NCBI RefSeq assembly: GCF_009914755.1
Contig: NC_060938.1
Origin: the human T2T-CHM13v2.0 reference genome, Homo sapiens
Length of the DNA: 64,000 nt
Strand: one strand, 5' to 3'
Shown here: positions 9,103 through 22,000 of the stretch, in pieces
Layout of the letters: each line of letters starts with the position of its first letter
Numbering within the stretch: position 1 is the stretch's first letter
Program-made: the position numbers and the translations under genes
Notes under the pieces: generated by a model
Seen by the model: only the letters and a program-made list of their open reading frames with translations
Database searches by the model: none
What the model was told of the DNA's origin: nothing

Positions 9103-12100
9103 CTACAGACGTGCGGGTGGTGAGAGCCACGCACACTCTACCCGTCAGACCCTCGCCAGGCAGCCAGGCAGGAACTGGGTGTGCCAGGACAGATGTGCCT
9201 GGGATGCCTGAGTCCCAGGGGGCAGGCGCGGTACGGGAGCTGTTTCTTAGGGCCAGCGACAGAAACGGCCCTGGGTCAACGGGAAGGCAGACTCGCCCCA
9301 CCACAGCGCCCCTCTCAGAAGAGCCACCCCGAGCTGTGTCTGAAAACGGGCTGGGCCAGCTGGACGCAGGGGATGGAGTACCATGGACAGGAGGCTGGGA
9401 AGAGGTCTGGGCCAGTCTGCACAGCCTTCCTGGAGGAGGCAGCCCTAAACCAGCCAGTCCCCAGCAGGCACCAGCAGCAGCTCGGGCCCCAGCTATGGCC
9501 ACAGGGGCTGCGGGGCTGACAGCATTCCCCAATCAACCAGGGTCGGCCAGGTGGCGACAGCAGGTGACAGTGGCTTGTGTGGGCTGCCCAGCATGGCCGC
9601 CCCCCCCGCCCCGCCGCCACCCACCAGGAGGATGGAGCATGGCGTCCACAGTTAGAGGTCAGCACCACTCAGACTGAGGGCCGGGCTCGCGGGACAGGAC
9701 TGCCCACTGCCGTGGGATCGCACTCCCTGTCTAGGGGCCTGGAGCACCGTCTTGGGGACTGCCGATGAAGCCAGACACGGAGGTGGCCCAGCCAGCTGGG
9801 CAGGGGCCCCAGGGCACAGAGGGTGCCAAGTCCCCAGGCTGAGACCCACACTCAGGCCCTGCCGCCGTCGGCCCTGCCGCGTCCCACCCGTGGGTCATTC
9901 AGGTACACGGGAACGTTCTCCCTCAAGTTTTGCAGCATCAGCCGTACGCAGGCGTTCACACTTCAGAATCAGAGCAGCTGTCCTCGGTGATAGCCCAGCA
10001 AGTACCATTTTTCATACTGACACTCGGAAAAAAATGTTCCACTTACATTTTGCCAAGCAAGGAGTTTGAACAACAGGGAACTTACTAATTAGGCAACTGC
10101 TTCATCTGAGGGGTCACTGGGCAGGGGTTAGGGAGGGGGCCAGGGTAAGGGGTTGGGGTCCCTGAGCTCTGGGGCCTGGGTTTTCATGCCACACTGAGCC
10201 CCAGACAGGGACACCTGGAGGGATGTGGGGGACAAGCAATTGTCCCATCACCAGACCACCCACCACCCAGTCCTGCTGGGTCTTCGTGGTGAGCCCAGAC
10301 GCGTCCAGCCCTCCCTGGTGCACAGGGAAGTCCCAGCAGGGCAGCAGCCCCAGGGGAGCTCAGAGGACATGGGTCATGGGCATCCCAGCAGGCATTCTAC
10401 TTTCCAGGGAGCCACGGGGGAGTTCTTTAATAGAGGTGAGCCACCAAGGCTCGACACATGGCCACCCCCCGGCCAGGTGACCTCTCCCTCCTACCCCGGC
10501 CCCAGCTGCCCAATGCCCTTCCCACCAGCACCACGGGGCGTGGTCTCCACAAGACCAGCCCTCTCTCTGCCCAAGCCAGGGCTGCTGGGGGGATGCTGGT
10601 GGAGGGTGGGGACACCCCACCCAGCAGGGCCTGAGTGTGGGAAGAGGCTGTTGTCAGGTCTGGGGTGGACCAGGAAGGGGACAGCCACAGCCCACTCATA
10701 GCTGCCTGACACCTCTGGAGGACGGCCAACACCCAGTTGCAGGGAGGATGATCCAGGGCCCAGAATCTGCCCCTGTGCCCAAGAGCACTCATCAGGAGAC
10801 CCCACCCACTCCGCAAGCCCTCCATGCCCCTGCCAGTGGGCTGCCGAGCAGGCGTGGTCCTGCCACCCTTGGGTGCCGGCTCCTGTCCCTGACCTGGGAT
10901 CTCGCACACCCCCGAGTGTGCACATACACGCACATACGTGCCACGCAGCTCCACCCCGCCTCCCACGTCCCCTCCCCCAGCCACAGGGCCCCTGCAGGTG
11001 CAGCGGGCAGGCAGGGGCTCTCAGTGAGAGCAGAGCAGGCTCAGGGGGCTGCATGCAGCCCACCCCACCCGTCCCCCATCCTGGGCCACCCCGCTGCTCA
11101 CGCCCACCCGCCTGCATGCCAGTCTGGAGCTGTCGGCCCCTGATGGAGTGCCTCCCATCCTGCCAGCTGCCACTCCCCGGGACGCTAACTGAGCGGGAAG
11201 ACTGATGATCGCCCAGGCCCGGCACCCCTGAAACCCATCTTATCCACCAACTGCTGCCAGCCCCCACCGTGCCCAGCATGGCCCCGTGCTGCCCCCGAGC
11301 ACGCAGCTCCCGTGCCCAACCCCAGCCTTGCCCCTGACCCTGCTGCCACAAGCCCAGCCCCAGGTTCTGTGAGCTGCATCTGGGGGGTTCTGGGAGCTGG
11401 ATCTGGGGGTGCGGGAGGGGCAGGCCCAGGGGCGGCGCTTACCAGGCGTGGGGGGTGGGAGAGGACAGGTGCCCAGCCCCGAGCATTCCTGGGGAGTCCT
11501 GGGATGGGCAGAGGCCCAAATGGGCCCTGGGCTTTCAGTGCCTTCCCCTCGCCTGGCCCCACAGACCCAGGGAACAGACGGCGATCAGGGCCTACCCCAG
11601 GAGACGGGTGTGAGTGAAGGGGCCTCACGTGGCCTTTGTCTTCGGCATCCCAGCCCAGCACACAGACCCCTCCAGGGGAGGAGCAGGATCCCCAGGGACC
11701 CGGGGTAAGGGGTCCAGAGACACACAGTTCTCTTTCTTCATCTCTCGCCTAGAGGGTCAGCTAGAGGATCACTTGGGGGGGTGCCAGCTGCAGCCAGGGC
11801 CGTGGCGCGCATCTTAACGAGTTCAGCCCAGACAGGATGCTGGGTGGGCGGCCAGCCCCGACAGCAGATGCGGCAGGGCCCCACTACTCCCTGATCCAGG
11901 ACTGGGGTGACACAGGACGGGGCAGGTGGAGGAGACAGCCACCCGGGGCCCAGCATCACTGTCCTCATGGCCACAGGACGCCTGCAGGCCTGCACCTGCC
12001 TACTCCGGGTCCCTCAGGAGGGTGGGAGCACAGACACATCAGCCAGGGCTGCCCTCCCAGACCCCTCACACAAAGAGACCAACCCACATGGAGTCTTCTC

Positions 12101-12226
12101 CTTCACTATCCTGAGGGTCCCCAGGGGAACTGGAACCTGTCATCCAGGACTTAACTTGAGTTCCCCACCCTGTTGTGGTCCTCAGATGCCCCCCACTCGA
12201 GGCAGGAGTACAGTCCACTTGAAGAG

Positions 12227-12364
12227 TGGCCTCTCAATCCCTGACACCCCAGGAAAAGTGCCCTGCATTGCTGGGGGAACTGGAACCAGGCAGTAGGGAC
12301 CTCGTCCTCCACACCGACCATGGGAAGCACCCGCCACAGAGGGGCCTTCCATCTCCCCACCATC
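12227..12364 (+). repeat. 138-bp dispersed direct repeat, copy 1
   Basis: Identical to 15395-15532. Confidence 0.95.
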
Positions 12365-12877
12365 AGCCAGCTGGCATCCCCCCACCCCACCCCAGTCACC
12401 CCCCCAACACCACCCCACCCACCTGCCTGCACAGCTGAGGGCACCAAACACAGAGTGGGCACAGACCCCCAGGTTGCCACGCCAGGCCCTCACTCCAGAC
12501 GGGTACAGGCAGGCAACAAATGGGGAGGCCAGGGCACGCCCCACCCCACACACAGCCAGAGTCATCTCCTGCCAGCAGCCACTCCCAAGGGCAATGGAGA
12601 CCGCCCAGCATTCAGGCCCAGGGGGCCTCTTCAGTCCCTAACTCTCACACCCCCATGCTGGGCTCAAGAACCCCCAAGTCCCCACCCGCTGCACATGTTT
12701 CAGACCCGGGACCTGGAGCAGGCAGGGTCCCAGTGCAACCCCGGCCTGGGCCTCAGGGTCTGGCAGGGAAGACGGCTAGGTGCCCCTTCAGAAATGTCAG
12801 CAAGTCCGGATGGGGGACCCCACACCACTGCCAGAAGACCTGAGTGGGGGGCCGAGTGGAGGACGGCACTGGGGACT

Positions 12878-13050
12878 GGTCCCACCTTCCTGCCCCATGG
12901 CTGGTCCCCTGGGCAAGGGGGAAGCAGCAGCTCCGGTCCCACCCTCCTGCCCCATGGCCGGTTCCCTCGGCAGCGGGGAAGCAGCAGTTCCAGTCTCACC
13001 CTCCTGCTGGCCCCCTGGGCAGTGGGAGGCAGCAGCTCCGGTCCCACCCT
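12878..13050. repeat. Degenerate 57-bp tandem repeat x about 3
   Basis: Anchors ggtcccacc/agtctcacc at 12878, 12935, 12992, 13040. Confidence 0.8.
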
Positions 13051-15394
13051 TCAGGGTTCTCTCAAGGCCAGCCCTGGGCCAGGTGGGAGCCACCCTGACC
13101 CTTAACCCTGTGACACTGCACCTATCCAAGACCAGGTCCTGTGAAGCCACAAGGGCAGGGGCTCCTGTGCCTGATGAAACCCGTAACCCTCCCCACCAGC
13201 CAGCACATCCATGGCCCAGGGCTCCAGGCATGGGAGGTGGCTGCCCTCGGTGGGGGGTAGGCAGTTGGCCAGACTCCTGTCCCTGCCCGGGGGGACAGCG
13301 GAGACCAGGCTCCCTCGACTCCTCCTGCACCTCCTGGGCCCCACACAACCCCAGCCCTGGTCCCTCTGGCATCCCGATGTCCCGGGTGGCCCTCCGGCAG
13401 GAGTGACCTTCCATCCCCAACCCCGCTCATCCCCAGGAAGGGGCTGGAGCACCCCCAGGGAAAGAGGGTTCCTTCCCAGAAGTCCTCCTGGACCAAATAC
13501 CGGGGTTCTGAGAGGAAGCTGCTCCTGCCTGGCCTCCCCCAACCCACCCCACCACCACCACGGGGACCACATGGACAGTCACAGGCAGCCCACCCTCTCC
13601 ACGCCTCACACACGTGTCCCAGGCCACACTGTGGATCAGGCCCCCCAAAGCGGCACCCACTTAGACATGGGGGCCAGGACCCACGCGCCATGGGCAGGAC
13701 TGGGTGGGCCCCTGAGGGCCAGCTGGTGGCCCTCCACGTCCCGGGACTGACCACCTCCTGAGCCACCAGGTGTGTCAGCCCCCCTAGGCCACCACGTCCT
13801 CAGCTCCCTGAACATTCTCTCAAAGTCCCCAGTTCTCAGGAAACTGCTGGATAAACACTTCGCAGAGACGGTGGTGGCAGCGGCTGGCAGGGTGCCAGGC
13901 GGCACCGAGCTGCTTCTCCACAGCAAAGTGAGCCCAGCAGGCCCTGGGAGCGGGCGCCAGCTGACAGCGGCCACCGTGGTCCCCACTGCCGACACATCCA
14001 TCGCCCCGACAGCTGCCGGGGGCCCATTTACCTTCTCCAGCACATTGAGCAGACGGCTCCGCTGACGGCAGCCCATGAGGGGCCCGCAACCCACCCTCCC
14101 CGCCTGCCAGGAGACCGCACAGCTCACCGCGAAGGGCCCGGCCTGCCAGGCCTCTGCCCGGGCCCGGGAGTACACACCCCTTTACCAGCAGCCCTCGAAC
14201 CCTGTAAACAACCAGGCTGGGGTGGGGGCAGGGGAGGGGCCACACAACGGAGGCCAGCTGACCCCACTTGGCTGGAGCCCCCAGGTCTGTGGGTGAAATA
14301 CATCCACTGCTCCTCCCGGCACAAGCCCTTCTGAGGGGGCACAAGTGGCCAGTCTGCACAAGGAGAGGTGTCTGTTCCCGCCAGGCAGAGGACTGGCGCT
14401 CCACCTGCCTGGGCCTCGCCCAGCCCAGGACCCATTCTGCTCTCCCAGAAAGCCCACCAGGCAGGCAGGGCGGGCAGGGCTCATCATGCCCATCAGCTCC
14501 CTGGGAAAACGGAGACTTAGGGGAGGTGACCCTCAGAGGCAGATCATGACCAGAGAGACCCCAGGTCCTGCCGCCAAGGCAGGGGTTGTAACTTGACACA
14601 AACTGCAAATTCTTCACCCCCTTCCGCTCCACCATGGAGCAGGCCTCAGCCCGACACACACACCCCGGGAGGAACATGGTGCGGGCAGGCGGCACCACCA
14701 TGACCCCGTCCACCTCGCTGAGGCACAGCCGGAGGCGCTGGGGCCTCTCTTCCTGCCACTCCAGGGAAGCACCTGGGTCTCAGCTTTCCATTCTCCTGGG
14801 GCTCTACTGGGTGGGGTACTGGGCCTCCCTGGTGCTGCCCCTGACAGACCACCTGGGCCTGGATGTCCTCCCCCACAGGCACTGCCCGTCACCCACCCCT
14901 CGGGCCGGCAAAGGCACCCCACCTGCCACACACCCATCCATCGCAGAGCCCAGCACATCCCAAGACCCTGTCCCTGTCCCTGTCCCCCACCTCATTTTTG
15001 GTCTGCCCCAAACAAGCCCCACCCATGTCATGGCCCACCCTGCCTACTCAGGACCCCTGCAGATGAGGCTGCAGCCCCTCCCTGGCGCCTCCTACTCTGC
15101 CCCCGCCCACTCTCCCCATAACTTGCAGCAGGCTTTGCCAAGTGCCCTCCACCCAGTGGGTTCCCAGGGCCCTCACCCTCGCTCCCTGCGTGGGAGGAAG
15201 CTGGGCATGGGGACAGCACACAGTGCCTGCTGCGAGGGAGGGCTGGCCACAGTGTCCCACGTGTAGACACTGCCCTCGGGAAAGGAAGTGGGCACGGGCA
15301 CAGGCTCCTTCCGGGGCACGCAGCCATGCCCACAGCCCCTCCCTCCTCCCGTCTCTCTTGGGCAGGGCCCCTGGCGGTTGAAGGGCTCCAGTGC

Positions 15395-15532
15395 TGGCCT
15401 CTCAATCCCTGACACCCCAGGAAAAGTGCCCTGCATTGCTGGGGGAACTGGAACCAGGCAGTAGGGACCTCGTCCTCCACACCGACCATGGGAAGCACCC
15501 GCCACAGAGGGGCCTTCCATCTCCCCACCATC
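15395..15532 (+). repeat. 138-bp dispersed direct repeat, copy 2
   Basis: Identical to 12227-12364. Confidence 0.95.
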
Positions 15533-18500
15533 TTGTTTCTGCCCCGACTTGGAGCCACGCCTGGGGCAGGAGGGCCCCCAGAGCACGGCCAGCTGTGGAG
15601 GGTGCTCCTTCTGATCCCCCGGCCTGCTGGGACATTGTGGCCCTGACCCCCGTGGCCTCACCCCACACCTCACCAAGCTTGTGCAGCTCAGCGTCTCCGC
15701 GCCCTACACCTGGCTGCTGTGCCCCTGGCCCCAGTCTGTGGGGAGGCCAGCCAGACCCTGGCCAGCCGAAGGGCCTCTCTGCATTCTCCAGGCCCAGGGA
15801 GCAGCCACCTCCCCGCCAGGCCTGCCCAGGGGGTGTCTCCACCCCTGAGCTGGACAACCAGCTGAGGGCCTGGGCAGGTGGGCCCGCCAGGTTACAGGGT
15901 ATGGGTGGGGTCTGCAGTCACCGGGCCCGCCTGGGGGGTGTGTGAGCCCAAACACAGCGCCCCAAGGATCCCACCCCAAAGCCCGCAACATTGGCAGCAG
16001 AGTCACCCATGAACTCCCAACCCCCTCAATTCCAACGTTTCTGAAATCCAAACCTATCATTCCTTAAGGTTCAAGGAAAACACACCTAAAGGCGGCATGG
16101 CAGGGAAGGGAACTCCCATTGGAGATGAGGAAGTAAGGGGCCTAGGGTTCGCCTAACAGCCCCATCCTGGCCTGGAGCCCCAGGGCCCTCTGCCAACCTG
16201 CCCGGGGCCCCAGCGCTGGGCTGGGGGAACCTTCTCCTGAGGCCATGGGACTAGGCACAATGGTCCAAGCAGACAGAAGCAGCAGGCAGCTGCCCACCCA
16301 GGGTGGCCTGGGGAGCAGGCCCAGAGCCACAGCCACAGCCACCAGTCTCAGCTATGGGAGGGCCCGAGGGCAGGGTGCTGGCCCCAAGCCGGGCCGGGTG
16401 TGCCCAGGCAGAGGGGACGCCAGCGGGGGCCGCGCCAGTTCCCTCCGCTCAGCCTCGTGCAGGACTTCTAGGAACCCGGCCTGATGCAACCCGGCCAGGC
16501 TTCTCCTGAGAGTGGAAGGTGTACGGGGGTCTAGGCCCCAGCACAGGAATCATTCCACCCACATTCTGTCCACTCTCCTGGGCCTCAGTTTCCCTTCCCG
16601 GAGTCCAGCCCCCCACAGGGCATCCCTGCCCAGAGAGGGCCAGTGACCAAGAAACACACAGGAAGAAGAGCTGTCCACTCAGGAGCCACCAGGCGTGGGG
16701 GCTAAGGTCCAGGGCTGGGGCCAGCAGTGACCCCTCACCCCCACTCAAGGCCACCTCGGCTTCCTCTTTTGTTGTTTTTGAAGTGAGAACTCAACAAGCT
16801 CCCAAAACAGGAACCTCCCTGATGCTGGCGGCCTCCACCACAGCCATGCCATGACCTCCACCAGCCTGTGCCTCCTGCCCCTCTCCCGGGTAGGCCCAGG
16901 GCTGTTGGGACCCCCACTCTCTGCCCAGCCCTCCCACCAGGAGCCAGCACACTTGCCTCCCCATCTCTGTCCCTGGCCTGCCCACGGGGGCCGTTCCAGA
17001 CCCTCAACGCTCCCCCAGGGGAGGCAGAGCTTGGCACTAACCAGCCCAGGGCCCGCGGGTCTCACACTGAAGCCACCTAGACGCAGCCTGGGGTTGACCC
17101 TCACCTGACAGCCTGGGAAAAACTGAGGCCCAGGAGGCACAGGCAGCCCTGGCCTGGAGCCCAAAGGTTCCCACAGGCTGAGGGGAGAGTCTGCGGGCTC
17201 CCTCCCTCAGGGTCCTGCTGGGCCCCTCATCCTGGCGGGGTAATGAGCAGCCTCCATCTGCACACAAACAATTAGCCCTGCGGGGCCCTCCGCAGCAGCT
17301 GCTCTCTGGAGTGGGCTCAGAGTCCCCCACAGACCTCTTCTCAAGGGTGTTTACTCAGCAAAGCCAAGGCCTCCTCCAGGATGAAGGGGAGTGGCCTGTA
17401 CCCTCTGAGGTCCCCCACCTCACGCAGGGACCCCAGGACCAGCTGGATGGCTGAGCAGCAGCTGGGGATGCAGTGAGGTTCTATGTCGCTCACCAAAGCG
17501 AAGTAACACACTGGGGTAGGAACCACTCTCTCCCTGCCTCAGTGCCCCCCCGCAGGGACAGCCAGTGCCAGGACTTCAAGGCGGGGAGAGGGGGTGGGAA
17601 GGAGGCCCAGCCTAGGCACCTGCTTGGGGTCAGAGACCAGCCTCCATACTCCCCACCGGGACGCCTGGGGCTAACTCAGCAGGAGTGGTGAGGGGGCTGC
17701 CCTGAGGCCTGGACTGGGGGGTCTATGCCAGGCATGGGCCCAGGGTAGGGCATGGCAAGGACTCAGATGTCCGGAGACTGGACCCTCCGTGAGCCGCATG
17801 GACACACGGTCCCGTGTCACCCGGGCCCGGCCAGGCACCCAGATCCGTGGCTTGGACACGCTGCCCACACACTCAGGAGCGTCTGCCGCGTAACCCACGC
17901 GCCCCAGGCAGCTTCCCTCGACCCCCGCCCACTCGGCCTTGACCTGCTGGGTCACAGCCTGCCGAAGGCAGCCAGGCCTGCAGCTCTTCCCCGGCCCCTC
18001 TCGGACAGCGACCAGCCTGAGGGAGTCCAGGTGGTGCCCCTGCGGCCGGCACCCACTCCTGGCCTAGGCCCAGCCCTTTCTCGAGAGCCCAGAGCACCTC
18101 ATCCTGGGTCCCAGCATCCCGGCCACCCGCCTCGGCCCTCTCCTGACCCACTTGGTCCAGCCATGTGGACGGGGGGACGCTCAGGAAGACAGCCACGAGT
18201 GGACAAAAACAGGCTCCAGGCCGGGGCTGCACCAGGGCAGCTCTCCACGGGGCTAGGCTGCAGCCAGGCTGGTGCACGGCCCCAGGAGTACTGGGGCAAG
18301 CGGGCAAGGTGAGCAAGCTGTTTGGGGAAAGTACCTCAAAAGAGCCACACGGCCTCTGGCCAAAGCCTGGCACGGAGCTATCAAAGGAAGGAAAACTGCA
18401 GGCTGGAGGCCGAGTTCAGCCAGACCTGCGCCCTGGCCCAGGATTGATTTTTTAAAATTGTCAGCCTTCAAAAATCAGGAGACTTCACACAACAGAACAA

Positions 18501-19739
18501 ATCTTTGAAAATGCAAACGTCTGAGCAACACTGAGCCCACCAGACCACCAATGGCCAGAGCTGAGCTGGGCTGCTTATCCAGTGAGACAGCCGAAACAGG
18601 AGGGGACATCTGGCCCCCTGTCCCTATAGGCCCCACCAGCCTCCTCACTAGCTCCTGCCCTTAACAGCCTAAGCTCACCCTCCAGGAACCATCTCCCTGT
18701 TAGATGTGCAGACCCAGAGGCCTTGCCTGGGTCCAGCCACAGGTCCACACAGGCCTGCAGCCGGAACTCCTGTGTCCCCATGCCCGGTCCCTTCTGTCCC
18801 TGAAGCTCCTCTGACTCAGAGCACACACATCAGAACAACAGAAAGCAGCCTGGGCCACTTCCCAGAGATGACGCTCACCTCCCAAGGAGCAGGAGAAGGA
18901 GCCTGCAGACACTGCCACCCCACCCCTCACACACAGGGCATACCCGTCCCCTCTCATCTCAATGACCACATCACCCCTGAAGGCACCATCACGCCACGTG
19001 TGGCCAGCCCAAGTAGCCGTGGTGGGACTGTCACCTGGGGATTCAGCTGAGAACCAAAGTGCCCCAGGCCACGGTCGTGGGGAGTCCCGGCAAAGGGGAC
19101 AGGTGCGGGCCTGCCTCCGAGACAAGCACCCTGACCTGCAGGAGCAAGGCTGGGGGGGAGTGGAACAGGGCGTCTGCAAGGGGCTGCGGCCGGGCCTGGA
19201 GGACAGTCACTGCGTCCCTCCCTCCCTCCCCACCCCCAGCCAGGCCTGAGCACTGTGAAGCACGGGTGGGGTCAGCCCAGCACAGCCCTGCTAGGGACAG
19301 GAAGGCAGCTAGTACCTCTAACCAGTGTTGCGGGTGGGGCTGGCCCTGCCAGGAGGGTGGCACAGCACATCTGCAAGACACACAGGGGACCCCAGGGACG
19401 GGAGTGGCGAAATGCGGCAGGCCCCGGAGGACAGGCTTTCCTCCGCAAGCAGCGGCCGGCCATGCGGGTGGACGCCACCTGCTCTCGGCAACAAGAGGGG
19501 CTATGCCTGCCAAGGGCATATGTCATATCCACGCCACCTCCCATCCTCAGCGCCCACTACACTGGGGATGGAGGAGGAAGAGCCGGGGGTAGAGGTACAG
19601 GACCCTCTCTCCTGGCCTGAGGCTAGGGGCCAGATGACAGAGCCCAGAGGCTGCTGAGGCTGGCCGGACCCCAACTCAGGGCCGCCCACAAGCCATTCTC
19701 CACTCCACCAGGTCTCTCTCCCACCACCGCTCCCTGGTG

Positions 19740-19840
19740 TAGATGGGGAAACTGAGGCCCAAGGAGCTCAATGACCTTGCTCTTGGAAAGGGTCATGGCG
19801 ATAGAGTGGCTAACCAGGGTTCAAACTCAGCTCTCTGGAC
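19740..19840. mobile_element. MIR fragment
   Basis: agatggggaaactgaggccca MIR core. Confidence 0.65.
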
Positions 19841-21471
19841 GCCCCACTGGGCCTGATGTCCTGTCCCTGCCAGGCCCCTCCTGAAGGCACAACATCAGCA
19901 GCAGCCTGAAAATCACCTGGCCTCGGGGGAGCACTCCTGCCTAGGCCCAGCTGGCTGATGGGTGCCCCAGTAACTGGGGCCTGGGCCCCTGGGCAGTCAA
20001 GGCCCTGGCATCTCCTGGGTCAGCCCGAGATCCAACAGTCTATCAACAAACACACATTTGCCAAGGATAAAGAAGCAGCGGCCCCAGGCAGCAGACTATG
20101 TGACACAGAGAGGAACAGGGCCAGGGTCGGGGCAGGGGGTCCCTGACACCAAAGAGGGCTGTGAGGTGAGGAGAGGACCTCCAGGCACAGGTGGCAGGAC
20201 TCCTGGGGAACAAGCAGGGGACAGCACACGGGGAGGGGATGGAGAAGGCAGGATGGGGCAGGAGGCCTTGGGGGGAAGCAGAGCCAGAAGCTCCCCAAGG
20301 ACCACAGGCGTCTGCAGCCTCCTTGTCTTCATCTCGAGACCCCGCGTGCCATCACTGGTAGCTGCCCACTCAAACACTCCAAACACACAGCCAGCCACAC
20401 CCCTGATTCCCCCAGCATCTCATCTCGGTCACTCCTTCACCCCACCCCCAGGCTCCTGTGGCTCCTTAGGCCTGCTCTTCTGTGAGCTCCTATACATCCC
20501 ACAATGCCCCATCTTGTGACACCTACTTTTGCCACACCTCCCTGTCTGCTCCAGCTGTGTTTGGGGTCTCCCCACTACCAGATGTGAAACCCATCTGCTA
20601 GAGAGTGTACGTAAAGCCGGGGGGCTGCTGGCATGAGATCACTAGAACTTAGGAGGGAACAAGTCTGGAAAAAGAAGTCAGGAGAGGGCGGACCGATTCC
20701 GCCTGGGGCAGAAGAGAGTGACTTGGCCAGAGGACCTGGACCTGAACAGGAAGCCCACCCTAGCAGGACAGAGGAGCAAAACAGCCACCCAGACTCCACC
20801 GCACCCCGCTGAGCAACGGAGGGTGGGTGAGGCAGAAGGGCCTGCACAGGGTTGGAAGGGGTGGGGCTATGTCCCCAGCTCCCATCCCACCCAGCTGCTG
20901 GCCAGGCCCCTCGGGCAGCACCTCCTCCATAGGCTGCAAGGCCAAATGAGTGAGGAGGGGGACACAGGGGCTGGGGGACTTGGCTCAGCCAGCTCTGCAG
21001 CTCCAAGGCAAACATGCCCTGTGCCCAGGCGGTACGGATTCCCCCCACCCCCAAAGCTCAGGCCTGAAGCAGGCACCAGGCCAAGCCAAGCAGCCCTGCC
21101 CTGCCCTCAGGAGCCCTTGGGCAGTGCCCTGGGCCGCCAGCGTGCCAGACCCTGGAACAGCCCAGTGTCCTCGCTGCCTTCCAGGAAAGCCAGGAGAGAG
21201 GCTGGCAGCAGCTCCCCCGCCTGCCAGGGCCCACACCAGGAAGCCACTCAGATGGCCGGCCCTGCACAGGGCCTCATCCTCCTGGCCTCCCCGAGGCCGT
21301 GCCCTCCATGCCATGGGAAGACATGGGGCCCAGGACACTCACCCTAGGCCAGCCCAGGAGCCCCAGGGGAGGCAGCCCCTCCCACCCAGCAGGGCACAGG
21401 CACTCACAGACCCTGGGGCTACTACCCCCGTCTCTCCCTCCCCAGGCCCAGCCCTGGCAGCGGGTACTAAC

Positions 21472-21517
21472 CTCGTTTGTGCAGCCAACCCTCCTTCACA
21501 ATAGCCACGTCGCTCAT
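21472..21517 (-). CDS. AKT1: AKT1 coding exon 1, CDS part (MSDVAIVKEGWLHKR-G); the whole exon spans 21472-21596 including 79 nt of 5'UTR
   Basis: GGCACC ATG AGC start; donor GTTAGT at 21471; acceptor TTCTCCCAG at 21597; the eleven coding segments sum to 1260 nt in frame. Confidence 0.97.
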
Positions 21518-22000
21518 GGTGCCCGAGGCTCCCGCGACGCTCACGCGCTCCTCTCAGGCTGGCGCTCCCCGAGCCCAGCTGGCCTGGCCACAGCCTCTGG
21601 GAGAAGCAAAGGAAGCTGAATGTGAGGCCACGCCTGGCTAAGGGCAGCTCCTCGCCCTGGGTGAGCCAGAGACCCACTGCACGTGCCTGGGGGCTCCACC
21701 CGCACCTGCCTTCCCAGGTGGGCTGCCATCCCTCTAAGCTCTCTGACCCCCATCTGCCCGCCTGCCTTCCCTCTCCCCAAAACACTCAGGGCTGCCAAGT
21801 GTCAAATCCATGTAATTGAACACAGTTCCCTGGACCTGGGCCTCTCCTTATTCTAGGCTTAGAGCCTCCAGCCCCTGCCACCACCACCCGCAACAGCCAG
21901 GCCCTGAGAGCTGCTGCCTTGCTCACCTCCCCATTCCCACCTCCCCCAGCCGTTGGACAAATCACCCCCATCCCCAAAAGGCCTTCCCAGCCTCCCTAAC

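Noticed and set aside
13472-21187. Scattered STAT GAS motifs (TTCCCAGAA about 13473, TTCTAGGAA 16466, TTCCAGGAA 21179)
   Set aside because: With six fixed bases, many chance hits are expected in 64 kb, and they are not clustered
21518-21596. N-terminal extension of AKT1 from the 5'UTR
   Set aside because: In-frame TGA within this exon upstream of the ATG
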